Positions 8,662-18,833 of a DNA stretch of 64,000 nt are shown piece after piece. Source of the stretch: an uncultured Spirochaetales bacterium (GTDB lineage Bacteria > Spirochaetota > Spirochaetia > Sphaerochaetales > Sphaerochaetaceae); assembly GCA_949293335.1 (NCBI GenBank), contig CASFDA010000010.1:2567-66566 (forward strand), read 5' to 3'. Each line of letters starts with the position of its first letter. The stretch's first letter is position 1. Under the pieces are notes generated by a model, which worked only from the letters and a program-made list of their open reading frames with translations, was not told where the DNA came from and ran no database searches. Position numbers and translations under genes: made by a program.

Positions 8662-9858
8662 ATGATAGGACGATTGATTGAGCCATCCATAAGGCGTGCG
8701 ATGGAGATGTATCCATCGGTCACGCTCTTCGGTCCTCGGCAGTGCGGGAAGACTACTCTTGCTCGCTCAATGTTTCCAGAGTTCTCATATGCGAATCTTG
8801 AAGAGTTTACTGCTCGGATGCTGGCGTCTTCCGATCCAAACGAGTTTTTTCGTGTTTATCCTGAACCCGTTATAATAGATGAGATACAACGTGTTCCGGA
8901 GCTTCTCAGTACTATCCAGTACAGGATTGACGAACGGAAGCAGAAGGGACAGTACCTCATCACGGGAAGTCGGCAAATAGCACTGAAGAGCTCTGTTGTA
9001 CAGTCACTTGCTGGCAGGACTGCCATTATAGACATGCTTCCACTTTCATTGAGGGAGTTGTCTGATGCTGGCATAAGACTGGGAAGGGAAGAACAGATAC
9101 TCGCTGGAGGTATGCCTTTCCTCTACGGTGGTGATGGCTTTGAGCCATCAAGGTATTATTCCGATTACATTGATACGTATGTAAGTCGAGATATAGCCGA
9201 AATGAGTCAGATACATGATTGGGACAGATTCTTGCGATTTTTGCACCTTCTTGCAGGGCGGACAGGGCAACTTGTCAATGCATCGGCACTGGCAGCGGAT
9301 ACTGGAGTGACGAGCACTACCATAGGCTCATGGATATCCCTGCTTGAGGCATCTCATCTCATATATGTCCTCAAGCCGTGGTACAGATCCAGAACGAGTC
9401 AGATTGTCAAGACTCCAAAGATCTATTTCACAGACACGGGAGTGGCATGCTTTCTACTCGGGATAACTACTCCTAGTCAGGTTTCTCGAGATCCTCTTGT
9501 CGGAAACCTGTTTGAGAACATGGTTGTCATCGAAGCTCTTAAAGCACGCTATGATTCGTATGCGGTAGATGATGGACTGTTCTTCTATAGGACAAGTAAT
9601 GGCACCGAGATTGACCTCATACTTGACAGAAGGGATAAGATGGATCTCTTTGAAATCAAGGCAGGTCAGGCTGTCGACGGTTCATATCTCAAGGCGATGA
9701 GATCATTTATCCAGAAACATGGAGATGCAGGAATGCATGTTGTCTTCTCTGGTCAGATGTGCAGATATCTTGGAGCGGATTTTCTGAACTACATGGATGT
9801 TTATGAAGTATTCCGAGAGACGGAGGAACCATATCGGCTGAACTTCCGCAAGTCTTGA
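8662..9858 (+). CDS. AAA+ ATPase with DUF4143-type C-terminal domain (COG1373-like)
   Basis: Walker A GPRQCGKTTL, Walker B-like VIIDEIQRVPEL, and a C-terminal region typical of DUF4143 proteins. Start placed at ATG 8662 (MIGRLIEPS...); the track start at 8626 is a TTG. Confidence 0.8.
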   Translation: MIGRLIEPSIRRAMEMYPSVTLFGPRQCGKTTLARSMFPEFSYANLEEFTARMLASSDPNEFFRVYPEPVIIDEIQRVPELLSTIQYRIDERKQKGQYLITGSRQIALKSSVVQSLAGRTAIIDMLPLSLRELSDAGIRLGREEQILAGGMPFLYGGDGFEPSRYYSDYIDTYVSRDIAEMSQIHDWDRFLRFLHLLAGRTGQLVNASALAADTGVTSTTIGSWISLLEASHLIYVLKPWYRSRTSQIVKTPKIYFTDTGVACFLLGITTPSQVSRDPLVGNLFENMVVIEALKARYDSYAVDDGLFFYRTSNGTEIDLILDRRDKMDLFEIKAGQAVDGSYLKAMRSFIQKHGDAGMHVVFSGQMCRYLGADFLNYMDVYEVFRETEEPYRLNFRKS

Positions 9859-10042
9859 TGTTAGTGGTAATGGGAAATAACTCTTATGCGAAGAATTCTA
9901 TCAGAACATTACCTCCGTTAGCATTCCTGTCATTAACTTTGCTTTCATCTGCATTGATATATTCAAAATTTGAAGGAGATTATATAGAGAGCATATACTG
10001 CGTTAAGCGACAGCACATGCTCTTCTTTTCAATCAATTTTCT

Positions 10043-12577
10043 TCATTCACTAACTTTCTGTGAGGAACCAATCTTTTTTATGCGTTCATTCCTTCTTTTT
10101 GAAATGTAATCAACAAATAAAAGTACAGGTGGCAGGACAGTAAGAGTTGCTATCATAGCGGCGCTCAGCGAGATGATCATCAGCAATCCAAAGATCTTCA
10201 CGGGTATGAAGGATGCAAATAAAAGCATCAGGAGTCCTGAGTCAACACTGATTGTAGTGAGGATTATTGGCCTTCCTGTTTCTATCATGTTTTGATAGAG
10301 GAGTGTCTTCACATCCAAATTCTCCTTGTTTGCTTTCTGTTTCATCCTGTAGCGGATTATGAAATGTATTGCATCGTCAACGCCCGCACCCATTGCAATT
10401 GAAGAAAAGCCAACAGTTACCATGTCGAACGGAATGCTGAATATCCACATGAATATATAGTTGATCATAACACCCACCATGATTGGTACGAGTGAGATTA
10501 GTCCATAGCGGACTGAACGGAAGGCTATGGCTGTAAAGAGAAGGATGAGCAAAAGCGATAGTCCTGTAGCTTTCGACTGATCCTCCATTATGATATCTAT
10601 GCTCTTGAGGCTATTGGACGCACCACACCAGATCTTGCTGCTAGTTCCTTCTGGAAGCATATATCTGTAATAGTCGAGGACAGTTTCTAGCCTTCTTGCG
10701 CTTGAGTTCGATTGCAGATTGCCTTCCACCGAGTCATAGTTTCTCATGGAAAGAGTAATTTCAGAGGCATCCTCGTTGATAAGGATATTAAGCACATCCG
10801 AGCCTATCTGATTTCCAATCTGGCTAAGCGTACGCGAAAGCAGATTGATCAGTCCATTGCTTTCAGGTATGCCACTTTCTCCACTGTATACTTTGTTGAG
10901 GAAGCTCACGTACTGGCTGAATGACAGGATCTGCACGATATCAGGGCAGGCAGAGAGAATCGCGCATTCGTATGCATAGACATCGGCGAGGTTCTCGTGT
11001 TTCAGAAAGTATCCGCTCTCTCCCTCAGGAGCCCTGATCGTAAAGTAGTAGGGGTCGGTTCCTCCGAGAGTTCTTGCAAAGTACAAAGAGTCTTCTGCAA
11101 TCACAGAGTCACGGGGGAAATATGACATGTAGTTTGAATCAAACCCGATATCATCATGTATGAATGCAAAAACTATAACGATAACTAAAAGAATGACGAT
11201 GAATATTTTCCACTTTGTCGTGACAAGGATTGCCACTTTATGGACAAGCGATGTAAGGAAGCCATTCTCGATTGTCTTGATCTGTTTTTTCTTCAGGTCT
11301 GATTTCAGAACACTGAGAATAGCAGGAAGGTAAGAGAAGGCGAGAAGAGCACAGAAGAACACTCCGATTGAGATCGTTATGCCGAATTCCTTGAAGATTT
11401 CTGTCCGGCAGATAAGGAAAGAAAGGAATCCTGCAACAGTTGTAAGCATTGCAAAGAAGATAGTTTTCGAAACTTTCTCGAAATGTTCTGAAAGTTTATC
11501 CTTTTCATTTTTCGAAACAGCATCGAAGTATTCACTGATCGTATGTATTGAATAGGAAGATCCAAGTGTAAGGACAAGACACGGGGTGAGTATTGTCACG
11601 ATCGTGAGATCAAAACCCAGGAAGGCCATCGCACCCAGTGTCCATATTATGCCTATCATGGAAAGCGAAGCAGGTATGAGCATTGCCCGCATTGATCGGA
11701 ATGAAAGGTAATAGACGAGAAGAATGACAAGGAAACAAAGTACCAAAAGGACAATGAGATCCTTGTTTATGTAATCCATTACCGCATTGTTTATCAGTCC
11801 TCCGCCATTTAACGCGACATGCCCGTATTCACGAAGCGGATTGACTATTGTGTTCAATTCCTCAATCGCAGTCTCATTCAGTCCCTTTGCCCTGTAATAG
11901 AGCATGATCGTTGATCCATCTTCGGTTGATAGATAGTTCCTGGCAATTGAGTCAGAAAGCAGGCGTTCTTTGAATACCTCTGAACTCTCTTCTGTCCAGG
12001 CCTCATCTGAAGAAACTGGAGACATCGGGACAATCTGGAGTCTTGAGCCTTTCTTTTCAACTGTCACGTAATCAAAAGGAGAAAGGCATGGTCCGATCTC
12101 CCATCGCTGGGAGAGATTCCTCCTGACTTCATAAATTCTGTTCAGAACTTCTGGCGAGAACATGTCAGGGGAGGAAAAGATGATCACATATCCATCCCAA
12201 AAACCAGGATTGTCATCTGGAGAATGTTCTATTGAGGTTGGATGTACTTCCATCTGTACATATTCCCTTTCAGGAATGTCGGTGACCATGGAAATGGCAT
12301 TTCTTTCAGGGATTGCAGCAATCTCTCCTTTTTCAATTGAAGGAAGAACTGAACCTTTATATACACTTGGTGCTTTATCAGGGGCTTTTCCCGGAGTAGT
12401 GACAAATTCTGCTTCTGGAACAGAGGACATGTATGAGAATACATTTGCATCAATTCTGATATTCGGAAGTTGATATATAAAGAAGATGGTTAAAAGTGCA
12501 ATTACAGCTAAAACGACCTTTGCGTGTCTGATTATAAAATCCATGTAACGGCAGATTATGCTCTTCTTCTTGTCCAT
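10043..12577 (-). CDS. MMPL/RND-superfamily exporter (COG1033-type)
   Basis: About 844 aa with two TM bundles, each preceded by a large soluble loop, which is the characteristic MMPL/SSD architecture. Start at ATG 12577 behind AAAGGAGA. Confidence 0.8.
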   Translation of the reverse strand: MDKKKSIICRYMDFIIRHAKVVLAVIALLTIFFIYQLPNIRIDANVFSYMSSVPEAEFVTTPGKAPDKAPSVYKGSVLPSIEKGEIAAIPERNAISMVTDIPEREYVQMEVHPTSIEHSPDDNPGFWDGYVIIFSSPDMFSPEVLNRIYEVRRNLSQRWEIGPCLSPFDYVTVEKKGSRLQIVPMSPVSSDEAWTEESSEVFKERLLSDSIARNYLSTEDGSTIMLYYRAKGLNETAIEELNTIVNPLREYGHVALNGGGLINNAVMDYINKDLIVLLVLCFLVILLVYYLSFRSMRAMLIPASLSMIGIIWTLGAMAFLGFDLTIVTILTPCLVLTLGSSYSIHTISEYFDAVSKNEKDKLSEHFEKVSKTIFFAMLTTVAGFLSFLICRTEIFKEFGITISIGVFFCALLAFSYLPAILSVLKSDLKKKQIKTIENGFLTSLVHKVAILVTTKWKIFIVILLVIVIVFAFIHDDIGFDSNYMSYFPRDSVIAEDSLYFARTLGGTDPYYFTIRAPEGESGYFLKHENLADVYAYECAILSACPDIVQILSFSQYVSFLNKVYSGESGIPESNGLINLLSRTLSQIGNQIGSDVLNILINEDASEITLSMRNYDSVEGNLQSNSSARRLETVLDYYRYMLPEGTSSKIWCGASNSLKSIDIIMEDQSKATGLSLLLILLFTAIAFRSVRYGLISLVPIMVGVMINYIFMWIFSIPFDMVTVGFSSIAMGAGVDDAIHFIIRYRMKQKANKENLDVKTLLYQNMIETGRPIILTTISVDSGLLMLLFASFIPVKIFGLLMIISLSAAMIATLTVLPPVLLFVDYISKRRNERIKKIGSSQKVSE

Positions 12578-12694
12578 CTTTTCTCCTTTATTGAAAAACA
12601 AACAGTAATATTATTATCCATCGCGAAATTAATTTAAATCAGGTAATGTGTATATTGTTCTTCTTTTATGATATGATATCAGAGCACGAAAATT

Positions 12695-13831
12695 ATGAAA
12701 GGGCTCTGTATTTACGTTGAAGGTGGAAAAGGTCACTATGTTCCTGCCAAAGCTGTTTCTGATGCCATGAACAAACTTGGCGTTGAAACAGTCTTGGAAG
12801 AGTTTTTCGATTATCTCGATATCCGATGGCTCGGGAAGCTTAACAGAAAATATTGGCGGCTCTCGCTCAGGTTTCCCGCGCTTGAAAGGATTTTCTCAAA
12901 ACATAATGATACAGACCCTTCGGGAATGAATACAGCAGTCAGGTTTGGTAAAAAACACTGCGAGCGGATGCTCCGTGCAAATCTTGAAGAATTCAGGCCT
13001 GACTTTATATTCGCAACGCATCCTTATGCCAGTACGGTCCTCTCTGAAATGCTTTATGACATGAAGGTGGATATTCCTGTCTATTATTTTGCTACAGATG
13101 TGTTCTCTGCCCCTCAGGCAGCCATTTGCAACAAACTGAGGAAGTTCTTCATTTCTACAGAAGAAGGAAAAGAAGTGGTAAAGAGACAGGGACAAAAGGA
13201 AGATACCATCACCCTCGCGCCATTTCCTCTGCAAGCATCTGTGGCAGATAGTCAAAGATTAAGCAAGAAGGAAGCAAGGCGAAAGCTTTCATTGGATGAA
13301 GATCTCTTCACACTCCAGCTCAACCTCGGCGGAGAAGGCATAGGCTCTCTCTGGCTTTTGAAAAAGCTTCTTTCCGAAGATGTTCCGATGCAGATAGTTA
13401 TCCTTGGTGGCATGGATAAAAGTATGCTGACTAGACTTGACCAGATAAAAAAGGAACATGAGAAGAAGGGAAAAGCGAAAGTCATAGTGAGAGGTTTTGT
13501 CGAGAACGTAAATGATTACCTTGATGCATCGGATATCGTTGCAGGTAGGGCAGGAATCAACACTATTGTTGAAGCTATCTACGCCCATCGTCCATTCCTG
13601 ATCACAGAGCTTGTATATACGGTCATCGCTTCTGCATCCTTTGTAGAGAAATATCATCTGGGTTGGAATTATTCAGAAGATAAAGATAAACAGGTTGAGA
13701 CCGTTCTTTATTATGCAGAAGATCCGAAAAGGCTGGATGATCTTGATCAATACTTTGAGCATGTACCGATCAAATACGGAGCAGAGGCACTATCTGAGAT
13801 GATAATTGAAGATGTTACTTCTCTTCACTAG
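12695..13831 (+). CDS. GT28 MGDG-synthase/UgtP-like diacylglycerol glycosyltransferase
   Basis: N-terminus GKGHYVPAKAVSDAMNKLG resembles the MGDG_synth domain. C-terminal GGEG...ASDIVAGRAGINTIVEAIYAHRPFLI resembles the MurG/UgtP GT28 donor-binding domain. Confidence 0.65.
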   Translation: MKGLCIYVEGGKGHYVPAKAVSDAMNKLGVETVLEEFFDYLDIRWLGKLNRKYWRLSLRFPALERIFSKHNDTDPSGMNTAVRFGKKHCERMLRANLEEFRPDFIFATHPYASTVLSEMLYDMKVDIPVYYFATDVFSAPQAAICNKLRKFFISTEEGKEVVKRQGQKEDTITLAPFPLQASVADSQRLSKKEARRKLSLDEDLFTLQLNLGGEGIGSLWLLKKLLSEDVPMQIVILGGMDKSMLTRLDQIKKEHEKKGKAKVIVRGFVENVNDYLDASDIVAGRAGINTIVEAIYAHRPFLITELVYTVIASASFVEKYHLGWNYSEDKDKQVETVLYYAEDPKRLDDLDQYFEHVPIKYGAEALSEMIIEDVTSLH

Positions 13832-15398
13832 CTTCCTTTTCAAGTTTCTTCAGCTTTCTCTTGTCCATGAATGCAATCTTTAATGTCCTTACTATTATTA
13901 CTGCATTCTCGTCATTTTTATAGACAATGAAGAATATCAATATGGTGATGAGAGAGGTAGTTATTGCCTTTACCACAATTTCAATGATTCCACCAAATGG
14001 AAGCAAACTGTTGATGAATAAACATAATGCAGCAGTTCCTAGTGTGAGCATGAATCTGCCAATAATGGTTATGTAATACCAGAATGCGGTACTTTTGAGT
14101 CCTTCGTGGATAATTACCCTTGGTTCGATTGTAAGGTTGACACATACTTGGGTAATGATTGTACCTAGGATGATGCCATTAAAGCCCCAGTATTTGCCAA
14201 GAATTATAGAGACGATAAGGTTAGTAAGTCCCTCGATCAAAGGCCGTTTCCTATCTTCCCAGTAAAGGCCAAGAGAACCTTTGAATGTAAGTAATATCTC
14301 TCTTTGGTTTGTCAAATAGAAATTAATACATATCAATAATACAGAAGAGAGACCAAGTACCCTGTCTGCACCAAAGAAAAGAGAAACGACAGGATTAATC
14401 AGATTAATCAGGACTATTGTAAAAAATCCATAAATAAGGAAGGAACCCAGATTTAAAGAATTAAAGCTTTTGGAAAGGTCTCTCTTCTTTTCTGTGACTC
14501 CTGCATTACCAATACTTGCTCCAATTGATTGTGGAATCAATGCGGACACAGAAATCAACCCTTTTACTATCATTTGGTAATTTGCATACAGACCAAGAAA
14601 AGTGGTTCCTACTATTGCACTTATGAGAATTGAGTCAGTTGTTGAAACAAGCATAGAACTAAAGCGAGTAATAATTAGGCCCTTTACATTACGCACAATG
14701 GAATGAAAAATTTCAGGATTCAGCTTTGTTTTCTTGTATTTTTTTATCTGTGGAAATTCTCTTGCTCCCATGAAATTAAGCAACATAGATCGTGAAATTT
14801 CAGCGATAAATATTGCTATTGTATAGTACAGAAAATTTCCAGAGGTAATCGCAATTGCCATTTCTGCTATGTATAGAAATGCCCAAGTCATATTGGTTAC
14901 AATTGTCCATTTATATTGGTTTTGATTTGCGTTTAGCAAAATTGCCTTGTAAGTCAGGTAATAGCTAAATACTGTCTTTAAAAGGAAGAAAATAAAATAT
15001 AAGTTAACTTCTTCCATTGGTATATCTGTTGTTATCAGACGACCTAAAAATGGAAATACAATTATTCCACCTAAAAGAATGAAAGTTCCAATAAGAATAT
15101 ATGCTTTTTTATAAAGCCTCATTATTGCAGCAATCTGATCATATTGTTCATATTCGATTGGTGCATATAGAGCAAAAGCAATTGCTGAGCCTATGCCAAG
15201 TTCTACGGTACTTAGTACACCTAATACATTATAATAGAAGCTGTAAAGTCCTAAGTAATCTGCGATGAAACAATGGTTGAAAACAGAACGTTCTATGAAA
15301 CTTAAAACACCCATCAATATAGATGTAACAAGCGTAACCGTTGTATTGATCTTTGATTTCTGGATTCTTTTTATTCTTCGTGCCGCTGTCTTATCCAT
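13815..15398 (-). CDS. Wzx-like oligosaccharide flippase (MOP superfamily polysaccharide biosynthesis protein)
   Basis: 527 aa, hydrophobic throughout (about 12-14 TM), located in a glycosyltransferase cluster. Converges on and overlaps the 3' end of the GT28 gene. Confidence 0.65.
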   Translation of the reverse strand: MDKTAARRIKRIQKSKINTTVTLVTSILMGVLSFIERSVFNHCFIADYLGLYSFYYNVLGVLSTVELGIGSAIAFALYAPIEYEQYDQIAAIMRLYKKAYILIGTFILLGGIIVFPFLGRLITTDIPMEEVNLYFIFFLLKTVFSYYLTYKAILLNANQNQYKWTIVTNMTWAFLYIAEMAIAITSGNFLYYTIAIFIAEISRSMLLNFMGAREFPQIKKYKKTKLNPEIFHSIVRNVKGLIITRFSSMLVSTTDSILISAIVGTTFLGLYANYQMIVKGLISVSALIPQSIGASIGNAGVTEKKRDLSKSFNSLNLGSFLIYGFFTIVLINLINPVVSLFFGADRVLGLSSVLLICINFYLTNQREILLTFKGSLGLYWEDRKRPLIEGLTNLIVSIILGKYWGFNGIILGTIITQVCVNLTIEPRVIIHEGLKSTAFWYYITIIGRFMLTLGTAALCLFINSLLPFGGIIEIVVKAITTSLITILIFFIVYKNDENAVIIVRTLKIAFMDKRKLKKLEKEASEEK

Positions 15399-15443
15399 AA
15401 TGCGTAGTAAATAACAACCTAAAACATGTAAAGTTTCAAGAGG

Positions 15444-15970
15444 CTATATGATCTCCTCTTTCCAGCTGGTGATGTTTCTCGTCTTTGATGAGAAGGAAAC
15501 ACCTAAAAGGTGAATTCTCTTTCCTGTCGATAGATATTTTTCGTGATAACGCTTTGCTTTGATCTGATTCAACTTCATATTCATCTCCGGCCCGTCCTGA
15601 TCATATCTTGAAGAGAAGATCTGAATTCATAGAATGAATATGAAGAAAGATTTGCAAAATTGAAGTGAACTACCGGATATTTTGCAAAGTTGTATGTTGT
15701 GTTTTTCGAAATATACAATCCCTTGAAGAACTCTTTTTTCCCTTTGAAAAGCGCATCAAGAGTAGAACAGAATAGGCTTTTTCCATATCGTCTGGGTCTT
15801 GAGATAAAGTAGTATCCAAAAGGTGGTTCAACAAGAGAGTATATATACTGAGTTTTATCTACATAGATATAGTTATTTGTCCTCAAGAGCTCAAATGAAG
15901 ATATGTTTATTGCAATCCTCTTCATAGCTAGAGATGATAACACAGAAGAAATGTTCTTCATAGTTTGCAT
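15444..15970 (-). pseudogene. AAA-ATPase-like / PD-(D/E)XK (DUF1703-type) gene with a large internal deletion
   Basis: The 129-aa N-terminal piece (YIYVDKTQYIYSLVEPPFGYYFISRPRRYGKSLFCSTLDALF) ends at TGA 15581. In another frame a short C-terminal piece follows: MKLNQIKAKRYHEKYLSTGKRIHLLGVSFSSKTRNITSWKEEII*. That piece matches the usual extreme C-terminus of this family, normally about 500 aa. Confidence 0.65.
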
Positions 15971-16917
15971 ATGTGGCTGTAGTATGTTTCCCTTTCTTCT
16001 GTTTTTTCTTTATATTTCTTGTGCCAGTCAAGTTTTGAGAAGATACAATCAGAGAAAAGTTTTGCCGCTTCTTCTTCCTTGTATGGCTCTGAAAGGAGAT
16101 GCACAAGATCATATAATCTCTCACTCGACCAAGGAAGAGAATCTATTTCTGTTCTTACATCACTGAATTCCTGATATGCAATCATAAGGATATAGTCAAT
16201 CATCAGATAGTCCACAAGCGTATCGTGTGTTTTCCAATACTCGAGAAACATTTCTCTTGCAAAGGACACAAGCTTTGCATGTGGTCTGCTGCCTATTATG
16301 AAACCATGATAGAGGTTATGCTGTACAAAACACGTTTTCTGCCACTTTGTATGTTGAGAATAAAAGTAGTAGTGGAAATAGTCTTCGGGAATTTCTTTAG
16401 AGACAAATACAGTTGCGTCAAGCCAAAGGCCACCGTACTTTTCAAGAAGCAAAAACCGGATGATGTCAGAAAGCTGTGCAAATGATATCCAATCCTTTTC
16501 TTTTTTTTCCAGAATATACTCAGGAATATCTATATATTTTGAAATATTGTCTTTTGTTATCAGGATGACTTCAGCTCCATTACTGTTTCTTTCAACACTA
16601 CTAATACAGGCTTTTACAAGTTCTGGGGCAGTGTCCTTTCCCTGCCACCACAGAATCCATATCCGCCTTGGATAAGTTTCTGTCGACAATTTCTCAGAAA
16701 TATTTCTGTATTTTTCGATAACGTCAGATAGTTCTCTTCGCAAATATGATAACACAAATGCATGTTTCTTCTCTGCCATGCGATAGAAAATATCTAGTGG
16801 CCTATACAAGAATAGAAAGCCTCCAAGTGTATAGAAATTGAGTTTCCATGAAATATTCTTGCCAACTCTGAACCAGTTTTTGATGTGCCAGGAGTTTCCC
16901 ATCTCGTATCCCTTCAA
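15958..16917 (-). CDS. capsular polysaccharide synthesis protein family glycosyltransferase (Caps_synth / GT32-like)
   Basis: RIWILWWQGKDTAPELVKACISSVERN...FAQLSDIIRFLLLEKYGGLWLDATVFV is the classical Caps_synth pattern. ATG 16902 is an alternative start to the track TTG. Confidence 0.75.
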   Translation of the reverse strand: MKGYEMGNSWHIKNWFRVGKNISWKLNFYTLGGFLFLYRPLDIFYRMAEKKHAFVLSYLRRELSDVIEKYRNISEKLSTETYPRRIWILWWQGKDTAPELVKACISSVERNSNGAEVILITKDNISKYIDIPEYILEKKEKDWISFAQLSDIIRFLLLEKYGGLWLDATVFVSKEIPEDYFHYYFYSQHTKWQKTCFVQHNLYHGFIIGSRPHAKLVSFAREMFLEYWKTHDTLVDYLMIDYILMIAYQEFSDVRTEIDSLPWSSERLYDLVHLLSEPYKEEEAAKLFSDCIFSKLDWHKKYKEKTEERETYYSHICKL

Positions 16918-16949
16918 TCTTTCGTTTATTATATAGTGTGAGTTAGGTT

Positions 16950-17852
16950 ATGGACTATAGGAAGATAAAGGACTTTGTCCTCAAACACAATATAAAAGGC
17001 AAGTATAGATTTACAGATAGAGGAAGAGGGCAGAAGAAGCTTTGCCTATTCCTTATAGGATACAAGAAGGCTCTTTGGCCCGAGGTAGTTAAAAGATTCA
17101 AGCTATTTGTTCCTGAAGATGTGGATGTCTGTCTTTTGTCTTCTGGAAAATATTTTCCAGAATTGGAGAGGATGGCAGAGGAGAACTCTTGGTCTTATAT
17201 ATCGACAAAAAAGAATAATGTATGCCTCATACAGAATATTGCAATCAACATCTTTCAGAAAGCTGAATTAATATACAAGATTGATGAAGACATATTCCTT
17301 ACGAAAGGAACTTTTGAGAAGATGGAAAATGCCTTGAGAAAAGGGGAAGAAACCCTACCGTACAAAGTTGGGATGGCCGCTCCTCTTCTGAATGTCAATG
17401 CGTATGGCTTTTATAAGATTTTGGAAAAAATAGGTAAGCTTGGTGAGTATGAGAAAAGGTTTGGAAAACCTTATATGATTGCAGGACAGACAACACCTAT
17501 TGAGACAGATATAGAGATAGCTAAGTTCATGTGGGGAGCAGATGGTACAGTTCCTCAGATAGATGTGCTCAACCAATCATTTCCTGAAGGCTTGATATCT
17601 GTATGTCCGATTAGGCTCAGCATTGGCTGCATTCTTTATAAGCGATCATTTTGGGAGTCCTTCTGGCGTTTTCCTGTTGTATTCGGAAATGGTATGGGCC
17701 TAGATGAGACTATAGCAATAGGGGCAACTGCTGCAAATTCTCAGGTGTTAGTTGTTGCCGAGGACGCAGTAGTAGGGCATTTTGGATATGGTCCACAGAC
17801 AAAAGAAATGATGACTCTTTATGAAAGTAAGCCAGAGTTATTCACGCTTTGA
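16950..17852 (+). CDS. hypothetical protein, possible GT-A-like transferase
   Basis: 300-aa ORF embedded in the glycan locus. The only recognisable element is an acidic IDEDIF segment after a beta-alpha-like N-terminal region. No confident family assignment. Confidence 0.3.
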   Translation: MDYRKIKDFVLKHNIKGKYRFTDRGRGQKKLCLFLIGYKKALWPEVVKRFKLFVPEDVDVCLLSSGKYFPELERMAEENSWSYISTKKNNVCLIQNIAINIFQKAELIYKIDEDIFLTKGTFEKMENALRKGEETLPYKVGMAAPLLNVNAYGFYKILEKIGKLGEYEKRFGKPYMIAGQTTPIETDIEIAKFMWGADGTVPQIDVLNQSFPEGLISVCPIRLSIGCILYKRSFWESFWRFPVVFGNGMGLDETIAIGATAANSQVLVVAEDAVVGHFGYGPQTKEMMTLYESKPELFTL

Positions 17853-18770
17853 CTCTTCCATTATTGTCTCATAAAGCTTTAATACGAGGCCTCCATCATT
17901 CCTCATGTCTACTTTACGTACAAAAGGAAGGCCAGATGATATGATTTCATCATAGTCTTCTATCTTGAAAGTATATGGAAAGCCTCTTTCCCAATCGATA
18001 TAACGCTGATTTGCTCTATTCGAACAATTGTATTCTTTGTCATATAGTCTTTCTCTAAAGTAGGCATTATTGTATGCAAGAATTGCTGGGAATACTTCTT
18101 CTGAAGATCTTGTCTTTTTGAAGTTTTTTTCTATCCATTTTGCTTTACTAAGTATGTATTCTGCAAATTCATTAGTAATACTGAACCAGTTTGACCCTTT
18201 TGCTGGAACGTACTGTCCGTGTATTCGGTCTATACGGCAAATAAACTGTAGAAAAACAAATCCGTATTCGATGAGGTAAACTACTCGATTTAATAGCTTG
18301 CTTTTTGTTCGGTAATACTTAGACAGAATGTGGTAATACTTTATTTCGGTTGTGTATGGTTTGTTTCTGAAAGGCCAGGCGTTTTGGGGAAAACGGAAAG
18401 AAATAAACTCCTTACCTTGGTGTTCATCAAAGAAAGAAAGGATTTTCTCTTGTGACCAAACAGGAAAATCTGCATTTGATAGCAGGTGATAATATGCATA
18501 TTTGTCATGTCCTCTGGCCTTTCTTAAGAGCAGAATCTCACATTCTGTTTGAGAATAATCAGCCCAGTAAATGGGAATTTCACTAAAAACTTCAATGTAT
18601 GAATGATGGGCACAAGATTTCAATCTTTCGAAATCAGAAAAGCCAGATTTTTTATCGATGTGAATAAAAATATTAACACGTGGATTATCTAGGGCCTTTA
18701 TAAGGAGTTCTAGTTGCTTAAAATTCGTGTGAGCCATAATCAGATATGCATGTTTTTGTGGAATTCCCAT
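17838..18770 (-). CDS. GT14 (core-2/I-branching type) beta-1,6-N-acetylglucosaminyltransferase-like enzyme
   Basis: HAYLIMAHTNFKQLELLIKALDNPRVNIFIHIDKKS and GSNWFSITNEFAEYI are typical of Branch/GT14 family proteins. Confidence 0.75.
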   Translation of the reverse strand: MGIPQKHAYLIMAHTNFKQLELLIKALDNPRVNIFIHIDKKSGFSDFERLKSCAHHSYIEVFSEIPIYWADYSQTECEILLLRKARGHDKYAYYHLLSNADFPVWSQEKILSFFDEHQGKEFISFRFPQNAWPFRNKPYTTEIKYYHILSKYYRTKSKLLNRVVYLIEYGFVFLQFICRIDRIHGQYVPAKGSNWFSITNEFAEYILSKAKWIEKNFKKTRSSEEVFPAILAYNNAYFRERLYDKEYNCSNRANQRYIDWERGFPYTFKIEDYDEIISSGLPFVRKVDMRNDGGLVLKLYETIMEESKRE

Positions 18771-18833
18771 AGTTCCAAAAGTGTATAATAATAATTACAG
18801 ATTGATAAGATTTGACTTCACATTGTTAAAGAA

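Noticed and set aside
8662-9858. DUF4143 AAA ATPase as part of a defence or mobile system
   Set aside because: It is a solitary gene with no adjacent nuclease, methylase, transposase or partner ORF, so nothing beyond the family call can be supported.
9855-10109. 84-aa plus-strand ORF after the DUF4143 ATPase gene
   Set aside because: It overlaps the 3' end of the MMPL gene on the opposite strand, has no RBS, and is a hydrophobic low-complexity sequence.
16501-16508. A8/T8 runs inside glycan genes (16501-16508; also near 28029, 28411, 31531 and 31625) as additional phase-variation tracts
   Set aside because: In sequence with roughly 20-35 percent G+C, Lys-rich coding poly-A runs of this length are expected from composition alone. 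Only the G8 tract stands out against the background.
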